Assembly (NCBI GenBank): GCA_965243135.1
Contig: OZ251539.1
Span: forward strand, 1,568,001 to 1,632,000
From: Alphaproteobacteria bacterium
GTDB taxonomy: Bacteria > Pseudomonadota > Alphaproteobacteria > MPNO01 > UBA830
Length of the DNA stretch: 64,000 bases
Reading direction: 5' to 3'
In this document: piece after piece, positions 38,976 through 49,966 of the stretch
Layout of the letters: every line of letters begins with the position of its first letter
Numbering within the stretch: the first letter of the stretch is position 1
Translations under genes and position numbers: made by a program
The notes under the pieces: model-generated
The model's input: only the letters and a program-made list of their open reading frames with translations
Told to the model about the DNA's origin: nothing
The model's database searches: none

Positions 38976-40283
38976 ATGCGCATGTCGCGCTTTTTTCTCC
39001 CCACGCTCAAGGACGACCCCTCCGAAGCGCAGATCGTTTCGCATCGGCTGATGCTGCGCGCCGGCATGATCCGCCAGGCCAGCGCCGGGATCTATTCCTG
39101 GCTGCCGCTGGGTTTTCGCGTTCTGAAGAACATCGAGCGGATCGTGCGCGAGGAGCAGGATGCGGCGGGATGCCAGGAAATCCTCATGCCGACCATCCAG
39201 CCGGCCGAGCTGTGGCGGGAAAGCGGCCGCTACGACGAGTACGGGGCCGAAATGCTGCGGATCAGCGACCGCCACGACCGGGAGATGTTGTACGGGCCGA
39301 CCAACGAGGAACTCGTCACCGAAATCGCCCGTTCCCACCTCCGGAGCTACAAGGATCTCCCCAAACTTCTCTACCATATCCAGTGGAAGTTCCGGGACGA
39401 GATGCGGCCGCGTTTCGGAGTGATGCGCGGTCGCGAGTTCTTGATGAAGGACGCGTATTCGTTCGATTTGGATTCCGCCGGCGCGCGGGCGGCGTACAAC
39501 AAAATGTTCGTCGCATATCTGCGCACCTTCGCGCGGATGGGCCTCAAGGCGATCCCGATGGCGGCCGACACGGGACCCATCGGCGGCGACCTCAGCCACG
39601 AATTCATAATCCTCGCGGATACGGGCGAAAGCGCCGTGTACTGCCATCGCGACTTGCTCGATTTCGACGTTCTCGATCAGGATTACGACGCGGATCTGCA
39701 GCCCGTCGTGGATCGCTGGACCGGCCTCTACGCCGCCACCGACGAAAAGCACCGGCCGGCGGAGGCGGAACGGCTCGGCGACGCGCTCATCAGCGCGCGC
39801 GGCATAGAGGTCGGCCATATCTTCTATTTCGGGACCAAGTACTCGAAATCCATGGGAGCTTCGGTTGCGGGGCCTGACGGGGAACGGGTCTTCCTGGAAA
39901 TGGGATCGTACGGCATCGGAGTGTCGCGGCTCGTCGGGGCGCTCATCGAGGCGTTTCACGACGAGAACGGCGTAATCTGGCCCGAGAGCGTAGCGCCGTT
40001 CGGCGCCGGCATCGTCAATCTCAGAGCGGGCGACGACGCCTGCGACGCGGCTTGCGGCGACCTTTACGACAGGCTCCGCGCCGCCGGAAGGGATCCGCTT
40101 TACGACGACCGCGACGAGCGGGCCGGCGCGAAGTTCGCCGACATGGATCTGATCGGGGTGCCGTGGCAACTCGTCGTCGGTCCCCGCGGAATCGCGAACG
40201 GCGTCGTCGAATTGAAACGGCGCGCCGACGGCGAACGCCAGGAGGTCTCCGTCGAATCGGCTCTTTCCCGGCTGACCGGATGA
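38976..40283 (+). CDS. proS: Proline-tRNA ligase (short type)
   Basis: [47 protein letters not shown]. Confidence 0.97.
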   Translation: MRMSRFFLPTLKDDPSEAQIVSHRLMLRAGMIRQASAGIYSWLPLGFRVLKNIERIVREEQDAAGCQEILMPTIQPAELWRESGRYDEYGAEMLRISDRHDREMLYGPTNEELVTEIARSHLRSYKDLPKLLYHIQWKFRDEMRPRFGVMRGREFLMKDAYSFDLDSAGARAAYNKMFVAYLRTFARMGLKAIPMAADTGPIGGDLSHEFIILADTGESAVYCHRDLLDFDVLDQDYDADLQPVVDRWTGLYAATDEKHRPAEAERLGDALISARGIEVGHIFYFGTKYSKSMGASVAGPDGERVFLEMGSYGIGVSRLVGALIEAFHDENGVIWPESVAPFGAGIVNLRAGDDACDAACGDLYDRLRAAGRDPLYDDRDERAGAKFADMDLIGVPWQLVVGPRGIANGVVELKRRADGERQEVSVESALSRLTG

Positions 40284-41530
40284 TCTTCGGCGCCTTCGAG
40301 CGCATGATCGCGCTGCGTTACCTGAGGGCGCGGCGGGAGGAGGGTTTCGTTTCCGTCATCGTCGGGTTCTCCTTCGCCGGCATCGCTCTGGGAGTCGCCA
40401 CGCTGATCATCGTCATGTCGGTGATGAACGGGTTCCGAGCCGAACTGATGCAACGAATCCTCGGCCTGAACGGCCATATCGGGGTGTACGATCCGCAGGG
40501 GCGCCCGCTGCCGGATTTCGAGACGCTGGCGGAGAAGATCGAGCGGATGGAAGGGGTATTGCGGGCGATCCCGACCGTCGAGGGGCAGGTGCTGGCGACC
40601 GCCAACGGGGTTGCCTCCGGCGCGGTCGTCAGAGGCGTCCGGGCGGACGACATTCGCGCGCGCGCGACGATCGCCGACAATATCAAGGCCGGCGCGCTCG
40701 ACGGCTTCGCGGGCAGGGGAAGCGTCATTGTCGGCACGAGGTTCGCCCGAAAGTTCGGCGTGTCGCCGGGCGACCGAATTCGGCTGATTTCTCCTCAGAC
40801 GGACGCCGCCGCGTTCGGTTCGGTGCCGCGTTCCCGGCGCTTCGCCGTTGCCGCCGTCTTCGAGGTCGGCATGTACGAATACGATTCCGCTTTCGTCTTC
40901 ATGCCGCTGGAGGCGGCCCAGGCGTATTTCCGGACCGGTACCGGAGTCACCAGCCTGGAAGTGTTTCTGGACGACCCGACCCGCGTGGACGCCGTCAAAC
41001 CGGAGATCCGGACGGCCGCCGGGCGTCGGGTGCGCCTGCTTGACTGGCAGCAGGCCAACGCGAGTTTCTTCAACGCGATCAAGGTCGAACGAAACGTCAT
41101 GTTCCTGATCTTGACGCTGATAATCCTGGTCGCCGCCTTCAACATCGTTTCCGGGCTGATCATGCTGGTGAAGGACAAGGGAAGGGACATCGCGATCCTG
41201 CGCACGATGGGAGCGACCCGCGGCATGGTCATGCGTATCTTTCTTCTCGCCGGCGCGGCGGTCGGGGTGGTCGGCACTGCGGCGGGCTTCGTTCTCGGCC
41301 TCGCGTTCGCGGACAATATCGAAGCCATTCGGCAGTGGCTCCAAGGGTTGACCGACACGGAGCTTTTCGCCGCCGAAATCTATTTTCTGTCGCAGCTGCC
41401 GTCCGTCGTTCACTTCGAGGACGTGGCCGGCGTCGTGGCGATGTCCCTCGGCCTGTCGTTTCTGGCGACGCTTTATCCCGCCTGGCGCGCCGCGCGCCTC
41501 GATCCCGTCGAGGCGCTGCGCTATGAGTGA
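40280..41530 (+). CDS. lolE: Lipoprotein-releasing ABC permease LolC/E
   Basis: [49 protein letters not shown]. Confidence 0.93.
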   Translation: MIFGAFERMIALRYLRARREEGFVSVIVGFSFAGIALGVATLIIVMSVMNGFRAELMQRILGLNGHIGVYDPQGRPLPDFETLAEKIERMEGVLRAIPTVEGQVLATANGVASGAVVRGVRADDIRARATIADNIKAGALDGFAGRGSVIVGTRFARKFGVSPGDRIRLISPQTDAAAFGSVPRSRRFAVAAVFEVGMYEYDSAFVFMPLEAAQAYFRTGTGVTSLEVFLDDPTRVDAVKPEIRTAAGRRVRLLDWQQANASFFNAIKVERNVMFLILTLIILVAAFNIVSGLIMLVKDKGRDIAILRTMGATRGMVMRIFLLAGAAVGVVGTAAGFVLGLAFADNIEAIRQWLQGLTDTELFAAEIYFLSQLPSVVHFEDVAGVVAMSLGLSFLATLYPAWRAARLDPVEALRYE

Positions 41531-42209
41531 CGTCGTCCTCGCGCTGGACGGCATCGTGCGCACGTTCCGCCAGGCGGACAACGACCTGCAGGTTCTGCGC
41601 GGCGCGTCGCTCGACATCGCGGCCGGAGAAATCGTGGCGCTGGTCGGTCCGTCCGGAGCGGGGAAATCCACCTTGTTGCACATCGCGGGGCTGCTTGAAC
41701 GGCCCGACGAGGGCGAGGTTTACGTCGCGGGCGAACGTTGCAACGGCCTGTCGGACGACAGGCGGACCGGTCTCAGACGAACCTCGATCGGCTTCGTGTA
41801 TCAGTTCCACCACCTGCTGCCCGAATTCAGCGCGCTGGAAAACCTCGTTCTGCCCCAGATGATCGCCGGAAAGTCGAAATCCGTGGCCGGGAAAGAGGGG
41901 CGGCGCCTGTTGCGGCAGGTGGGGCTGTCGGAACGAGCGCGGCACCGACCGGCCCGCCTTTCGGGCGGCGAGCAGCAGCGGATCGCCATTGCCCGAGCGC
42001 TGGCGAACGAACCGAAACTGCTGATCGCCGACGAACCGACAGGCAATCTCGACCGGTCGACCGCGGAGCGCGTATTCGCGTTCCTGCTGGAACTGGTCAG
42101 GAGCACGGGCACGGCGGCGCTGGTCGCGACTCACAATCTGGATCTGGCCGACCGTTTGGACCGGACGCTGCTGCTGCGCGACGGCGAACTGGAATCCGCG
42201 GCGGGCTGA
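41523..42209 (+). CDS. lolD: Lipoprotein-releasing ATP-binding protein
   Basis: GPSGAGKST, YQFHHLLPEF, LSGGEQQR, ADEPTGNLD. Confidence 0.95.
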   Translation: MSDVVLALDGIVRTFRQADNDLQVLRGASLDIAAGEIVALVGPSGAGKSTLLHIAGLLERPDEGEVYVAGERCNGLSDDRRTGLRRTSIGFVYQFHHLLPEFSALENLVLPQMIAGKSKSVAGKEGRRLLRQVGLSERARHRPARLSGGEQQRIAIARALANEPKLLIADEPTGNLDRSTAERVFAFLLELVRSTGTAALVATHNLDLADRLDRTLLLRDGELESAAG

Positions 42210-42470
42210 GAGGTTCGGACGCGCGTTCGCGAAACGACCGAGCGTCGCGCGGTATGCGGCGAACGAGCCCTAACGCTCCGGGCCGCAGGCGCGGCTCTCG
42301 CGGACGGCGGAAGGCCGAGCCGATTCGGTTGACTTCAAGGGAGCGCGAAGCGCAGATTATGCGGTGCGCCATCGTCCGGGAGGGCTGGAAGCGGTCCGTG
42401 CGCGCGGTTTGCGAAGGCAGCCGACTTCGGCCGAACGGGATCCGGCGCCGTTGCAGGAGGAGAAGTTGTC

Positions 42471-43202
42471 ATGAAGATCGTTCTCGTTCACGGCGCGTGG
42501 CACTATGGCGAACTCTGGGAAGACGTGGCCGAACCCTTGCGAGCGGCCGGCCACGAGGTCCATGCTCCCACTCTTGCCGGCAACGGCAAGGGGGAAATCG
42601 ACCGCACGGTCGCGCATGCCGACGCTGTCCAGTCGGCCGTCGATTACGTGGATCGGAACGATCTTTCCGATTTCGTTCTGTTGGGACATTCCTACGGAGG
42701 CACGATCATCTCGAAGATGGCCGAAGCGATGCCCGCCCGAATTCGGCGGCTCGTGTACTGGAACGCCTTCGTGCTCGTCGACGGAGAATCGATCGACAGC
42801 GTGAGTCCGCCGCATTACGGTCAGTTGATGGATTCCATCGTCGCGTCGGGAGAGTACGGTCCCGGCGCGGTCAAGCTTCCGTTCCCCGTTTGGCGCGAAG
42901 CCTTCATGAACGACGCGCCGCTCGAGCTGGCGAACAAGACCTACGAGATGACGACTCCGCATCCGATCCGCACGTTGACGGACAGGCTGGAACTGAAGAC
43001 CTTCTACGATCTGCAAATTCCGAAATCATACATAAACTGCACCGAGGACATCGCGATGCCGCCCGGGGAATTTGCCTGGACCCCGCGATTTCCTTCCCGT
43101 CTGGGCTTGTGCCGTTTTCTGCAGATGCCCGGCGGCCACGAGGCGTGCTTCACGAACCCTGCGCTATTGGCGGAAAAAATCGTGGAGGCCTCCAGAGATT
43201 AG
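42471..43202 (+). CDS. Alpha/beta hydrolase (salicylate-esterase-like)
   Basis: LVHGAWH, GHSYGG nucleophile elbow, GGHE. Confidence 0.88.
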   Translation: MKIVLVHGAWHYGELWEDVAEPLRAAGHEVHAPTLAGNGKGEIDRTVAHADAVQSAVDYVDRNDLSDFVLLGHSYGGTIISKMAEAMPARIRRLVYWNAFVLVDGESIDSVSPPHYGQLMDSIVASGEYGPGAVKLPFPVWREAFMNDAPLELANKTYEMTTPHPIRTLTDRLELKTFYDLQIPKSYINCTEDIAMPPGEFAWTPRFPSRLGLCRFLQMPGGHEACFTNPALLAEKIVEASRD

Positions 43203-43550
43203 TTCGAGCTTATCGTTTCCCGTTAACTCGGGAGCGGCGACGGGCGCCGCGCGTCGAAGCCGCAGTCTGGCGACGGTGCGCGTTGCGCGCGCCGGTCCGG
43301 CGACCGCCATGAAGACCCCCGACGAAGTTCTGCCGGGAGGAGCGCGACATCGTCGAGGTCGAGGCTGACGAAGGATTGGCCCGAGCTGCGAAGACAAGAC
43401 TTGCGGCGGAGGATGCGCTGCCAACGCGATCTTCGCGCAAGCGCTGCGCGGCCGGCAGCGCCCGGATTCCCCCTGGCTTCGCCGTCGGCGGCCGAAACCC
43501 GGCGGCGACGGGCGGGGCCGGCATTCGTAGTCGGGCAGTTGCGGTTTACG

Positions 43551-44006
43551 TCATGCTCTCCGCCGCACGAAATGCAGGCTGGTGAGGGTCATCACGACCT
43601 CGTCGTCCTGGTTCAGCGTATCGTATCGGATTCGCACGGCGTCTCGACCGCCCTCGGCGCGCGCCGGAGAAAGTTCGAGAACGTGCGCGAGAACGCGCAA
43701 CGTGTCGCCGGCCCTGACCGGCTTCTTCCAGCGCAGGCTGTCCACGCCCGGCGAACCCATCCCGCTCTCGCTCAGCGCGCCGGTGCGCGCGAACAGACCG
43801 AACGTGACGGCGGCGGTCTGGTAGCCCGCCGCTATCAGCGTCCCGAAAGGCGTCGCCTTCGCGGCTTCCGGATCGGTGTGATAGGGGAGGGGAGCGTACC
43901 TCGTTCCGAACTCGACGATCTCCGCCTCGTCGAGCGTGTGGCGGCCGGTCTCGTAGACCTGGCCCTCGCGAAAATCCTCGAAATACAGCGGGCGTTCGAC
44001 CTTCAT
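43551..44006 (-). CDS. MaoC-family (hotdog-fold) dehydratase
   Basis: YFEDF..GQ, P.HTD..AA..PFG.LIA.G, PVRAGDTL; ATGA overlap with the mfd stop. Confidence 0.88.
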   Translation of the reverse strand: MKVERPLYFEDFREGQVYETGRHTLDEAEIVEFGTRYAPLPYHTDPEAAKATPFGTLIAAGYQTAAVTFGLFARTGALSESGMGSPGVDSLRWKKPVRAGDTLRVLAHVLELSPARAEGGRDAVRIRYDTLNQDDEVVMTLTSLHFVRRRA

Positions 44007-47000
44007 GTTCCGCTCCCGGCGTCGTCCGCGATATCCGCGACCTTGCGGGCGAGCCGGCCCGCGCCTCGCAGCCGCGCCTCCGTTTTCCGCCAGTCCGCCC
44101 GGCAGACGAGCCTGCCGTCCGGCCGCAGGCGGAGGCCGTCGCGGTCTCGCGACAGGAAGGCGATCAGACCCTCGGCGTTGTCGAACGCGCCGTTCTTGAA
44201 GGCGACGGTGGCGCCTTTCGGACCGGCATCCAGCCTTTCGATGCCGGCGCGGCGGCAATCGCGCTTGATCGCTACGATCCGGAGCAGATTTTCCACTTCG
44301 TCGGGCAAGGTTCCGAACCGGTCGATCAGCTCGGCGGCGAAGGCCTCGCTGTCCTCGCCGCTGTCGAGCTGCGCGATCCGCCTGTACAGCCCGAGGCGCA
44401 CGTCGAGATCGGACACGTAGCGCTCGGGAATCAGGACCGGAATGCCCAGATTGATCGTCGGACTCCATTCGCTCTCTTCCGTCTCCCCGCCGCCCCTCGC
44501 CGCGGCCACCGCCTCCTCGAGCATGTGCTGGTAGAGCTCGACCCCGACTTCCCGGATGTGCCCCGATTGCTCCTCGCCGAGGAGGTTGCCGGCTCCTCTG
44601 ATGTCGAGGTCGTGACTGGCGAGGGCGAAGCCGGCGCCGAGCGTATCGAGAGCTTGCATCACCTCCAGCCGCTTGCGCGCGCCCTCGGTCATCTTCCGCC
44701 CGGCCGGAGGAAGCGTGAGGTAACAGTAGGCGCGCAGCTTCGAACGTCCGATGCGGCCCCGCAACTGGTACAGTTGAGCGAGTCCGAACATGTCCGCGCG
44801 ATGCACCACCATCGTGTTGGCTCTCGGAATGTCGAGGCCGGATTCGACGATCTGCGTCGAAAGCAGGAGATCGGCCTCTCCGTCGTAGAATTCCGACATC
44901 GCTTCTTCGAGCGTTTGCGACTTCATGCGGCCATGGACCGTCCGCATCCTGATTTCGGGAACCAGATCGCGCAGGCTCGCCGCGACGTCGTCCAGGTCGG
45001 CGATTCGCGGACAGACGTAGAACGTCTGGCCTCCGCGGAAATGCTCCCGCATGATCGCTTCGCGGATCACGACCGGATCGTGCGGCATCACGAACGTGCG
45101 GACGGCGAGGCGGTCCACCGGCGGCGTCGCGATGAGGCTCATTTCCTTCACGCCCGTAAGCGCCATCTGAAGGGTGCGGGGTATGGGCGTGGCCGTCAGC
45201 GTCAGCACGTGAACGTCGGCCTTCAACTCCTTGAGCCGTTCCTTGTGCCTGACGCCGAAATGCTGCTCCTCGTCGACGACGAGGAGTCCGAGATTGGCGA
45301 ACCGAATCGCCTTTCCGAGCAGCGCATGCGTCCCGATCACGATGTCGATCCTGCCGTCCGAGATGCCCTCGCGCACCTCTTCGGCCGCTTTGCCGGTCAC
45401 CATGCGCGACAGCTGCGCGACCCGCGCGGGCGTGCGGGCGAAGCGTTCCGCGAACGTGGCGAAATGCTGGCGGCAAAGAAGCGTCGTCGGGGCCACGAGC
45501 GCGACCTGCGCTCCCGACATGACCGTCGCGAACGCGGCCCGCAGCGCCACCTCGGTCTTGCCGAACCCCACGTCGCCGCAGACGAGTCGATCCGTGGCGC
45601 GTCCGGATTCGAGGTCCTCAAGCGTCTGCGAGATGGCGTCGGCCTGATCGTCCGTTTCCGCGTAAGGGAAACCCGCCGCGAATTCTTCGTATTGGTCCGG
45701 GGGAGCCGCGATCTCCATGGCGGGCCGGACGGCCCGTTCGGCGGCGAGCCGCATCAGCTGGTTGGCGATGTCGCGCAGCCGGTTCTTCATCCGCGCCTTG
45801 CGAGCCTGCCACGCCGCGCCGCCCAACCTGTCGAGGGAAACCCTCATGTCGCCGGAGCCGTAGCGCGAAAGGACTTCCACGTTTTCGACGGGCACGTAAA
45901 GCTTGTCGTCGCTCGCGTAAAGGACGCTCAGGCAGTCGTGCGGCGCGCCGGCGACATCGAGGGTCTCGAGCCCGTCGTACCTGCCGACGCCGTGATCGAT
46001 GTGGACGACGAGGTCGCCGGGAGCGATTTCCGAAACGTCCGTGATGAAGTTTTCGGCCCGCTTGCGCCGCCTTTCCGGGCGCACGATCCGCTCCCCGAGA
46101 ATGTCCTGTTCGGTGACGAGCGAGATGCCGTCCGCCCTGAAGCCCCGCTCGACGGGAAGAACCGCGAGGGCGACGGCGCCGGGCGGGAGAGCCTGCGCCT
46201 GGGTCCAGTCGTCGACATTGGTCAGTCCGGCGATGCCGTGACCCCGGAGAAGATGTCCGAGGCGTTCCCGCGATCCCTGCGAGAATCCGGTCACGACGAT
46301 CCGCCGCCCGCGGTCGTTCCCGATATAGTTTCGCAACCTGTCGAAAACGTCCCGGTCCTCCGAGGCCTTCGCCGCCGCGAAATCCGGTATCAGGCGGGCC
46401 CCGCCGAAGTCCGACCCGCTGCCGTCCGGCGTCGCGAACGGAGAAAACTGCCCGACCGCCCGTCCGTCGAGCGTCGCCGCGAATTCGTCCGCTCCGAGAT
46501 AAAGCCGGTCCGGAGGCAAAGGCCGGTAGGGCGCGGCGGTTCTCCGGGATTCGGGCGATTTGAGATAGGTCGTGCGGGCGTCGTAGTATTCCGCGATCAA
46601 CTCCAGCCGTCCGCGGCAAGCCGCGTCGGCTTCGTGATCGAGCGTTACCGACGCTCCCGGCATGTAGTCGAAGATGGTTTCCAGACGGTCGTGAAACAAG
46701 GGAAGCCAGTGCTCCATGCCGATCTGGGAGCGCCCTTCGCTGATCGCGCCGTAGAAGGGGTCGTCGGCCACGTCGCCGAAGTTCTCCCGGTACCCGGCCC
46801 GGAACCGGGCGATGGTCTCGTCGTTGAGCGTCACTTCGCCGGCGGGCCGGAGAACGCAGCGTTCGACCCGCGCGCTGACCGTTCGCTGGGTGGTGGGGTC
46901 GAACGCGCGTATGTCCTCGATCTCGTCGCCGAAAAGGTCGAGCCGCAAAGGAGTTTCCCGGCCCGGAGGAAAGAGGTCGACGATCCCGCCGCGAACGGCG

Positions 47001-47482
47001 TATTCGCCCGGCTCGCGCACGGTTCCGACGCGCTCGAAAGCGTTGCGGGAAAGAAAGGCGCGCAAGTCTTCCAGATTGACGGCCGCGCCTCTGGCCAGAT
47101 TCAGCAAAGCGCCATCCAGGGTTCCGCGCGCCGGAACGCGCTGCAGAACCGCGTTCACGGAGGCGATTACGATCAGGCGGTCGGCGGCCGTCGCGGGCCG
47201 TCCCGCGAGCGACGCGAGCGCGGCGACCCTCTGGGCCGACACCTCCCGGTTCGGAGAAACCCTGTCGTAGGGGAGGCAATCCCAGGCCGGAAAGGCGGCG
47301 ACCGCGAGGCCGGGAGCGAAGAACGCGATCGCGTCCGTCAGCGCTGCCATGCGCGTCGCGTCGCGCGCGACGTGCAGGTGGAGGCCCCTGACGTTGGCGG
47401 CGAGCACCAGGGCGTCGTAGCCCTCGGGCGTGCCGGACAGCGCAAGGCGTTCTTTGATTTCGAATATGTTGCGGTTTTTCAA
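44003..47482 (-). CDS. mfd: Transcription-repair coupling factor
   Basis: PYDRVSP, VRGGIVD, VHIDHGVG.Y, CGDVGFGKTE, DEEQHFGV, TATPIPRTL, QLRGRIGR, TRCF C-terminus. Confidence 0.97.
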   Translation of the reverse strand: MKNRNIFEIKERLALSGTPEGYDALVLAANVRGLHLHVARDATRMAALTDAIAFFAPGLAVAAFPAWDCLPYDRVSPNREVSAQRVAALASLAGRPATAADRLIVIASVNAVLQRVPARGTLDGALLNLARGAAVNLEDLRAFLSRNAFERVGTVREPGEYAVRGGIVDLFPPGRETPLRLDLFGDEIEDIRAFDPTTQRTVSARVERCVLRPAGEVTLNDETIARFRAGYRENFGDVADDPFYGAISEGRSQIGMEHWLPLFHDRLETIFDYMPGASVTLDHEADAACRGRLELIAEYYDARTTYLKSPESRRTAAPYRPLPPDRLYLGADEFAATLDGRAVGQFSPFATPDGSGSDFGGARLIPDFAAAKASEDRDVFDRLRNYIGNDRGRRIVVTGFSQGSRERLGHLLRGHGIAGLTNVDDWTQAQALPPGAVALAVLPVERGFRADGISLVTEQDILGERIVRPERRRKRAENFITDVSEIAPGDLVVHIDHGVGRYDGLETLDVAGAPHDCLSVLYASDDKLYVPVENVEVLSRYGSGDMRVSLDRLGGAAWQARKARMKNRLRDIANQLMRLAAERAVRPAMEIAAPPDQYEEFAAGFPYAETDDQADAISQTLEDLESGRATDRLVCGDVGFGKTEVALRAAFATVMSGAQVALVAPTTLLCRQHFATFAERFARTPARVAQLSRMVTGKAAEEVREGISDGRIDIVIGTHALLGKAIRFANLGLLVVDEEQHFGVRHKERLKELKADVHVLTLTATPIPRTLQMALTGVKEMSLIATPPVDRLAVRTFVMPHDPVVIREAIMREHFRGGQTFYVCPRIADLDDVAASLRDLVPEIRMRTVHGRMKSQTLEEAMSEFYDGEADLLLSTQIVESGLDIPRANTMVVHRADMFGLAQLYQLRGRIGRSKLRAYCYLTLPPAGRKMTEGARKRLEVMQALDTLGAGFALASHDLDIRGAGNLLGEEQSGHIREVGVELYQHMLEEAVAAARGGGETEESEWSPTINLGIPVLIPERYVSDLDVRLGLYRRIAQLDSGEDSEAFAAELIDRFGTLPDEVENLLRIVAIKRDCRRAGIERLDAGPKGATVAFKNGAFDNAEGLIAFLSRDRDGLRLRPDGRLVCRADWRKTEARLRGAGRLARKVADIADDAGSGT

Positions 47483-47483
47483 A

Positions 47484-47744
47484 CTATTGAGGTTTCTTTT
47501 TGAAGTTGCGAATCATGCGAAGGACTTCGTTGTCGAATTCCGGAGGCGGAAGCGAGACGTTCAGCGCCCAGCCCAGAAGATCCTGGTCGGGCTGATCGAG
47601 CAGAGCTTCGAACTGCTTCAGTTGATCGTCGCTCATTTCGTCCAGATGGCGGGAGGCGAAACCGCCGATGACGAGATCGCTTTCCTTGGTGCCGCGCCGC
47701 AGGCTGCGGAACCGGAGTCGTCGTCGCATGGCGGAGTCGGCCAT
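47484..47744 (-). CDS. sdhE: Succinate dehydrogenase flavinylation factor (SdhE/Sdh5)
   Basis: RRRLRFRS.RRG.KE.DL, D.DL..W; located between mfd and recG. Confidence 0.9.
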   Translation of the reverse strand: MADSAMRRRLRFRSLRRGTKESDLVIGGFASRHLDEMSDDQLKQFEALLDQPDQDLLGWALNVSLPPPEFDNEVLRMIRNFKKKPQ

Positions 47745-47863
47745 TCATACTACTCTAGGGACGCGGCGTCGACGGCGAGAACGCCTGCGGCGGGTCGGGG
47801 GGCGATGGAAATCATCGGCCGCCGGTATAATGTCTTGGACGCGTTCTGTCAGCCGGGTAGGCC

Positions 47864-49933
47864 ATGCGCCCCAAGGTTCTGTTTCCGCTTTTCGCTCCGG
47901 TCACGCGGCTGTCCGGGGTCGGCCCGAAAATCGGCGAAGCGATCTCGCGCGTCGCCGGGCCGAACGTCGTCGACCTGCTCTGGCACCTGCCGATCGGCAT
48001 CGTCGACCGCAGCTTCGCCCCGTCGGCCGCGGACGCGCCGGCCGGCGCCGTCGCGACGATGGTGCTGACCGTCGATTCGCACGCGCCGCCGTCGCGGCCG
48101 GGCCTTCCCTATCGGATCAGATGCAAGGACGAAACCGGCGTCCTCACGCTTTCCTTCTTCAACGCCCGCGAGCGCTACCTTCGCGAGACTTTCCCGGAGG
48201 GCGGCGCGAAGGTCGTCAGCGGCCGTCTGGAGCGATACCGCGACGAACTGCAAATGACGCATCCCGATCGCGTGGGAACGGTCGACGAGCTCGACGCGAT
48301 CAAGTCGGTCGAACCCGTGTACCCGCTGACCGCCGGCCTGGCGTCCAAACCGCTGGCGCGCGCCGTTCGGGCGGCGCTTGGCGAGGCGCCCGACTTGCCC
48401 GAATGGCAGGACGCGGAATGGCTGGCGCGGCGGAACTGGCCGGGGTGGCGAGCCGCGTTGCGCGCGGTTCATGCGCCGCTGTCGGCCGACGATCTGGAAC
48501 CCGAAGCGGCGGCGCGGCGGCGTCTCGCTTACGACGAACTGCTTGCGGGCCAGCTCGCCCTGATGATCGCTCGGAGAGGGCAGCGCCGCTTCGCGGGTCG
48601 CGCGACCGAGGGAAACGGCGTTCTTCGCCGTCGCCTGCTCGAACGGCTTCCTTACCGGCTGACCGGTTCCCAGGAACGCGCGATCGCCGAGATATCGGCC
48701 GACATGGCCTCCGCGGAACGCATGCTGCGCCTCCTTCAGGGGGACGTGGGCAGCGGCAAGACCGTGGTCGCCCTGGCGATCATGCTGGCCGCCGTCGAAG
48801 AGGGACGCCAGGCGGCGCTGATGGCGCCTACGGAAGTTCTCGCGCGCCAGCATTATGCGACCGTCGAACCCCTGCTTCGGGAACTCGGCTTATCGGTCTT
48901 GATGATTTCCGGGCGCGACAGGGGGGCCGAGCGCGACGCGAAACGCGCTTCGCTCCGTTCCGGCGAGACGAAAATCGCGCTTGGAACCCAGGCGATCTTT
49001 CAGGAGGGCATCGTATTCGACGACCTCGCCGTCGCCGTGATCGACGAGCAACATCGGTTCGGCGTGCACCAGCGGCTCGCTTTCGCCGCCAAGGGGGTCG
49101 CCCCGGACATTCTTGTCATGACGGCGACGCCCATACCGAGAACCCTCATGATGACCGCGTACGGCGACCTCGACGTTTCCCGTCTGGAAGAAAAGCCGGC
49201 GGGCCGCCAGCCAGTCGACACGCGGGCCGTTCCGCTGTCCCGCATCGAGGAGGTGATCGAACGCCTGAAAGCGGCGGTTGCCGACGGCGCCAGAGCGTTC
49301 TGGGTCTGTCCGCTTGTCGAGGAGACGGGCGACCCCGCGGCGGCGACCGAACGTTGCGCAGCGCTTCTTCCTCGCTTCGGCGGACGCGTCGGGCTCCTGC
49401 ACGGCCGTCTCAGGCCCGCGCAAAAGGACGAGACGATAGCGAGGTTGGCCGCGGGGGAACTCGACGTCCTGGTCGCGACGACCGTCATCGAGGTCGGCGT
49501 AGACGTGCCCGAAGCCACCATCATGGTGATCGAGCGCGCCGAGCGCTTCGGGCTGGCGCAGCTTCACCAGCTGCGCGGCCGGGTAGGGCGCGGCGATCGG
49601 AAATCGGTCTGTTTGCTGCTTTACGACGTTCCTGCGAGCCATGCAGCGCAGGCGCGCCTTCGCGCCATGCGAGAGACCGAGGATGGTTTCGTCATCGCGG
49701 AAGAAGACCTCAGGCTGCGCGGCGCGGGAGAGATGCTCGGGAGCCGCCAGAGCGGCCTTCCGCGGACGCGCCTCGCCGACCTTGCCGCGCATGCGGACCT
49801 CGTGCCCGTCGCTCGCGACGACGCGAAGCTCGTTCTGGAACGCGATCCGGAGCTGCGGTCGGAGCGCGGGACGGCGCTTCGAAACCTTCTCTGCCTGTTC
49901 GAGCGGGACGCGATGGTGAGGACGATGCTGTGA
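47864..49933 (+). CDS. recG: ATP-dependent DNA helicase RecG
   Basis: LQGDVGSGKT, DEQHRFGV.QR, ATTVIEVGVDVP, QLHQLRGRVGRG, EEDL.LRG.GE. Confidence 0.97.
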   Translation: MRPKVLFPLFAPVTRLSGVGPKIGEAISRVAGPNVVDLLWHLPIGIVDRSFAPSAADAPAGAVATMVLTVDSHAPPSRPGLPYRIRCKDETGVLTLSFFNARERYLRETFPEGGAKVVSGRLERYRDELQMTHPDRVGTVDELDAIKSVEPVYPLTAGLASKPLARAVRAALGEAPDLPEWQDAEWLARRNWPGWRAALRAVHAPLSADDLEPEAAARRRLAYDELLAGQLALMIARRGQRRFAGRATEGNGVLRRRLLERLPYRLTGSQERAIAEISADMASAERMLRLLQGDVGSGKTVVALAIMLAAVEEGRQAALMAPTEVLARQHYATVEPLLRELGLSVLMISGRDRGAERDAKRASLRSGETKIALGTQAIFQEGIVFDDLAVAVIDEQHRFGVHQRLAFAAKGVAPDILVMTATPIPRTLMMTAYGDLDVSRLEEKPAGRQPVDTRAVPLSRIEEVIERLKAAVADGARAFWVCPLVEETGDPAAATERCAALLPRFGGRVGLLHGRLRPAQKDETIARLAAGELDVLVATTVIEVGVDVPEATIMVIERAERFGLAQLHQLRGRVGRGDRKSVCLLLYDVPASHAAQARLRAMRETEDGFVIAEEDLRLRGAGEMLGSRQSGLPRTRLADLAAHADLVPVARDDAKLVLERDPELRSERGTALRNLLCLFERDAMVRTML

Positions 49934-49966
49934 CGGTCCGCGCCCGGGACGAAATCCCCGTGCGGT

